Source: Bacillota bacterium | GTDB lineage: Bacteria; Bacillota; Clostridia; Christensenellales; Aristaeellaceae | Reading direction: 5' to 3' | DNA: 64,000 nucleotides | Assembly (NCBI GenBank): GCA_023392515.1 | Contig: JAEVYX010000017.1 | Location: 1,344-65,343 of the forward strand | In this document: in pieces, positions 62,687 to 64,000 of the stretch | Numbering within the stretch: position 1 is the stretch's first letter | Layout of the letters: each line of letters starts with the position of its first letter | Made by a program: the position numbers and the translations under genes | The notes under the pieces: model-generated | Databases searched by the model: none | What the model saw: the letters and a program-made list of their open reading frames with translations, nothing else | Told to the model about the DNA's origin: nothing

Positions 62687-62729
62687 CAGCGTGTCGAAAA
62701 GGTGACTGTGCCTCTTTTTCGACACGCTG
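62687..62729. terminator. Hairpin between convergent genes
   Basis: CAGCGTGTCGAAAA-15 nt-TTTTCGACACGCTG (14-bp arms). Confidence 0.6.
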
Positions 62730-62739
62730 CCTTGATGAA

Positions 62740-62961
62740 TCAGTTCATCAATTGTTTTGAATCACGGCCAATGCAGTGAGTAATAAACTGCAGATAACAT
62801 GGGAGCTTCTGAAAATCTTCGCGATCGTGGACCAGAGAAAGTATGTTGCCAGTTAATCCGTCATTTGCCCCAGAAATAGCCGAAACCCTATATTCCTCAA
62901 CGCTAGCAGCGGTTTGTCCAATCAAAGGAGTAATTTCAGCGGCCTTAGCATGACCGGACAT
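62740..62961 (-). CDS. Small hypothetical protein (73 aa)
   Basis: Its ATG overlaps the stop of the upstream gene (TAATG), suggesting translational coupling. No recognisable motif. Confidence 0.3.
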   Translation of the reverse strand: MSGHAKAAEITPLIGQTAASVEEYRVSAISGANDGLTGNILSLVHDREDFQKLPCYLQFITHCIGRDSKQLMN

Positions 62962-64000
62962 TACTCACTTTCCTGATAATCGTGCAAATAATCCAGACGA
63001 GTTATAAAAGGAGTGTCAGGAAAGCCTGGCTCTTCCAATGTGGCTCCGTAAAGAAGGACCTCGTTCTCCTGTGCTTTTGCCATGCCCATAAGTTCCAATA
63101 CGCCTCCGCCAATATATGGAACCCCTTCGGTTTTCATGGCATTTCCCGATTCATCCAGGAATAGCAGCCATCCATTACCCAGGTTAGGGCAGTTTTCAAG
63201 GTCTAGCCCACGGCTGCCAACGAGGAAGCCATTCGTCATGGGCACAATATAATCTGCTGATAGGTGTTTTTCCAGGGCATGTTCCCATAACAACCTGCCA
63301 TCCATTGTCATGCAGAAAATAAAACCGGAACGGCTTTCCGGGAATCCCATCTCCTCATCAAATGAAACTCCGGCATAGCAGCCGGATATTATTCCCCCAG
63401 ACGTTACACACACATCATGAATGAAGGCTTGCTGATAACTCCGGGCTTCCATATTCCAGAGCACTTGACCATCCGGGCCTATGTGATGAATGAGGCCTAC
63501 ATAGGATCCATCCTCCGCAAATCCGCTCCCGATGATAACCAATGAATCAGCGGCGGCCGCCCCCTTGTGAAAAGTCATGTCAGAATATGCCGGGTTAGAG
63601 TATATAAGCGACCATAGGTTTTTGCCTGCTTTGTCCAAGCGTGTCAGCGTGGCTTGCGGTGCTTCTTCTTCATGTGGGCCTGCGGTCTGATCATAAGAAT
63701 TCCCAATGAGATAATATCCGTCTTCATATGGTATCATCCATTCCGTATAAGGCGAAAGGAATTGAGTTTGTGTGATTGTGCCTTCACTGCTGATGAAGGC
63801 CAGCAAGGTTTCGTCTGAACCTGTTTGATTGCCCAAATAATCATGGGTCGCATTGCGCTTAATCAGAGCAGAAAAGCCGCCGTCACCCAACCCTTTGGCA
63901 CAACGGAAAGAACCATTGCCTTCCTCAGCCAGCACCCAGCGCACGCTGCCGTCTGACCGAAGATTTGCCATCCAACCGTTATCTTCGTACTCAGATGCGC
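62961..64000 (-). CDS. Repeat-containing (beta-propeller-like) hypothetical protein, 5'-truncated by the window edge
   Basis: The frame stays open upstream of the listed Met (…ASEYEDNGW-MANLRSDGSVRW…). The recurring DG..(L/R)W pattern (SDGSVRWV, KAGKNLWS, PDGQVLWN, MDGRLLWE) resembles PQQ/BamB-like propeller blades. Confidence 0.5.
   Translation of the reverse strand, partial: ASEYEDNGWMANLRSDGSVRWVLAEEGNGSFRCAKGLGDGGFSALIKRNATHDYLGNQTGSDETLLAFISSEGTITQTQFLSPYTEWMIPYEDGYYLIGNSYDQTAGPHEEEAPQATLTRLDKAGKNLWSLIYSNPAYSDMTFHKGAAAADSLVIIGSGFAEDGSYVGLIHHIGPDGQVLWNMEARSYQQAFIHDVCVTSGGIISGCYAGVSFDEEMGFPESRSGFIFCMTMDGRLLWEHALEKHLSADYIVPMTNGFLVGSRGLDLENCPNLGNGWLLFLDESGNAMKTEGVPYIGGGVLELMGMAKAQENEVLLYGATLEEPGFPDTPFITRLDYLHDYQESE

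Noticed and set aside
1-64000. Search for CRISPR arrays, tRNA/rRNA genes, IS elements, integrases, toxin-antitoxin or known defence genes
   Set aside because: I saw no regularly spaced direct repeats, no cloverleaf-like or rRNA-like segments in the spacers, and no transposase/recombinase/nuclease-NTPase-type ORFs. The window appears to be purely metabolic. This visual scan cannot exclude small ncRNAs.

Overview
This is a 64-kb chromosomal segment of roughly 50-55% GC (judged by eye). Its gene content and AGGAGG-type ribosome-binding sites fit a saccharolytic Gram-positive anaerobe, probably Clostridia-like; the taxon is inference only.

I call 53 protein-coding genes (the first and last are cut by the window edges) and 2 decayed genes. 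I found no rRNA, tRNA, CRISPR array, transposase, integrase or phage genes.

The window is a mosaic of carbohydrate and polyol utilisation loci:
- (A) 1-12.5 kb: GH3, a secreted beta-helix protein, an LplABC-type ABC importer, an M24-fold hydrolase, a Zn-ADH, an enolase-superfamily dehydratase and a short GH31.
- (B) 12.6-23.1 kb: a GH172(DUF2961)/DUF4432/membrane-AraC operon lies divergent from an orphan 1121-aa protein. A Cys-rich small protein/PHP/GH27 operon follows.
- (C) 23.4-26 kb: a DapA-family aldolase and a secreted SH3b-repeat protein.
- (D) 26.3-35.4 kb: a GH125 alpha-mannoside locus with an ABC importer, ROK regulator, an unknown 383-aa protein, ROK kinase and ManA.
- (E) 35.5-38.7 kb: DeoR, a 1-phosphofructokinase-like kinase and a sorbose-1-P-reductase-like enzyme, with no PTS.
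- (F) 39-55.9 kb: a long DeoR-linked run on one strand. It encodes an ABC importer with its own ATPase, a GatY-like aldolase, FGGY kinase, GatD-like dehydrogenase, PfkB kinase, a cytoplasmic NPP/alkaline-phosphatase-family phosphodiesterase, an esterase, an AraM-like glycerol-1-phosphate dehydrogenase, two more Zn-ADHs and a secreted MBL hydrolase.
- (G) 56-59.3 kb: a MerR-type-promoter operon of two aldo/keto reductase-ferredoxin fusions. It carries a truncated flavodoxin remnant and a frameshifted cupin gene.
- (H) An AEC transporter, a flavodiiron-rubredoxin protein with a Tat signal peptide, and a partial repeat protein.

The best candidates for undescribed biology are:
- the locus-F module (a PTS-independent Gat-like route plus the phosphodiesterase/esterase/G1P-dehydrogenase triad);
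- the orphan 1121-aa protein;
- the Tat-signal flavodiiron protein;
- a recurrent ATGATTGAAAATGA motif in locus F.

All functional calls rest on motifs I recognise by eye. No database search was run.
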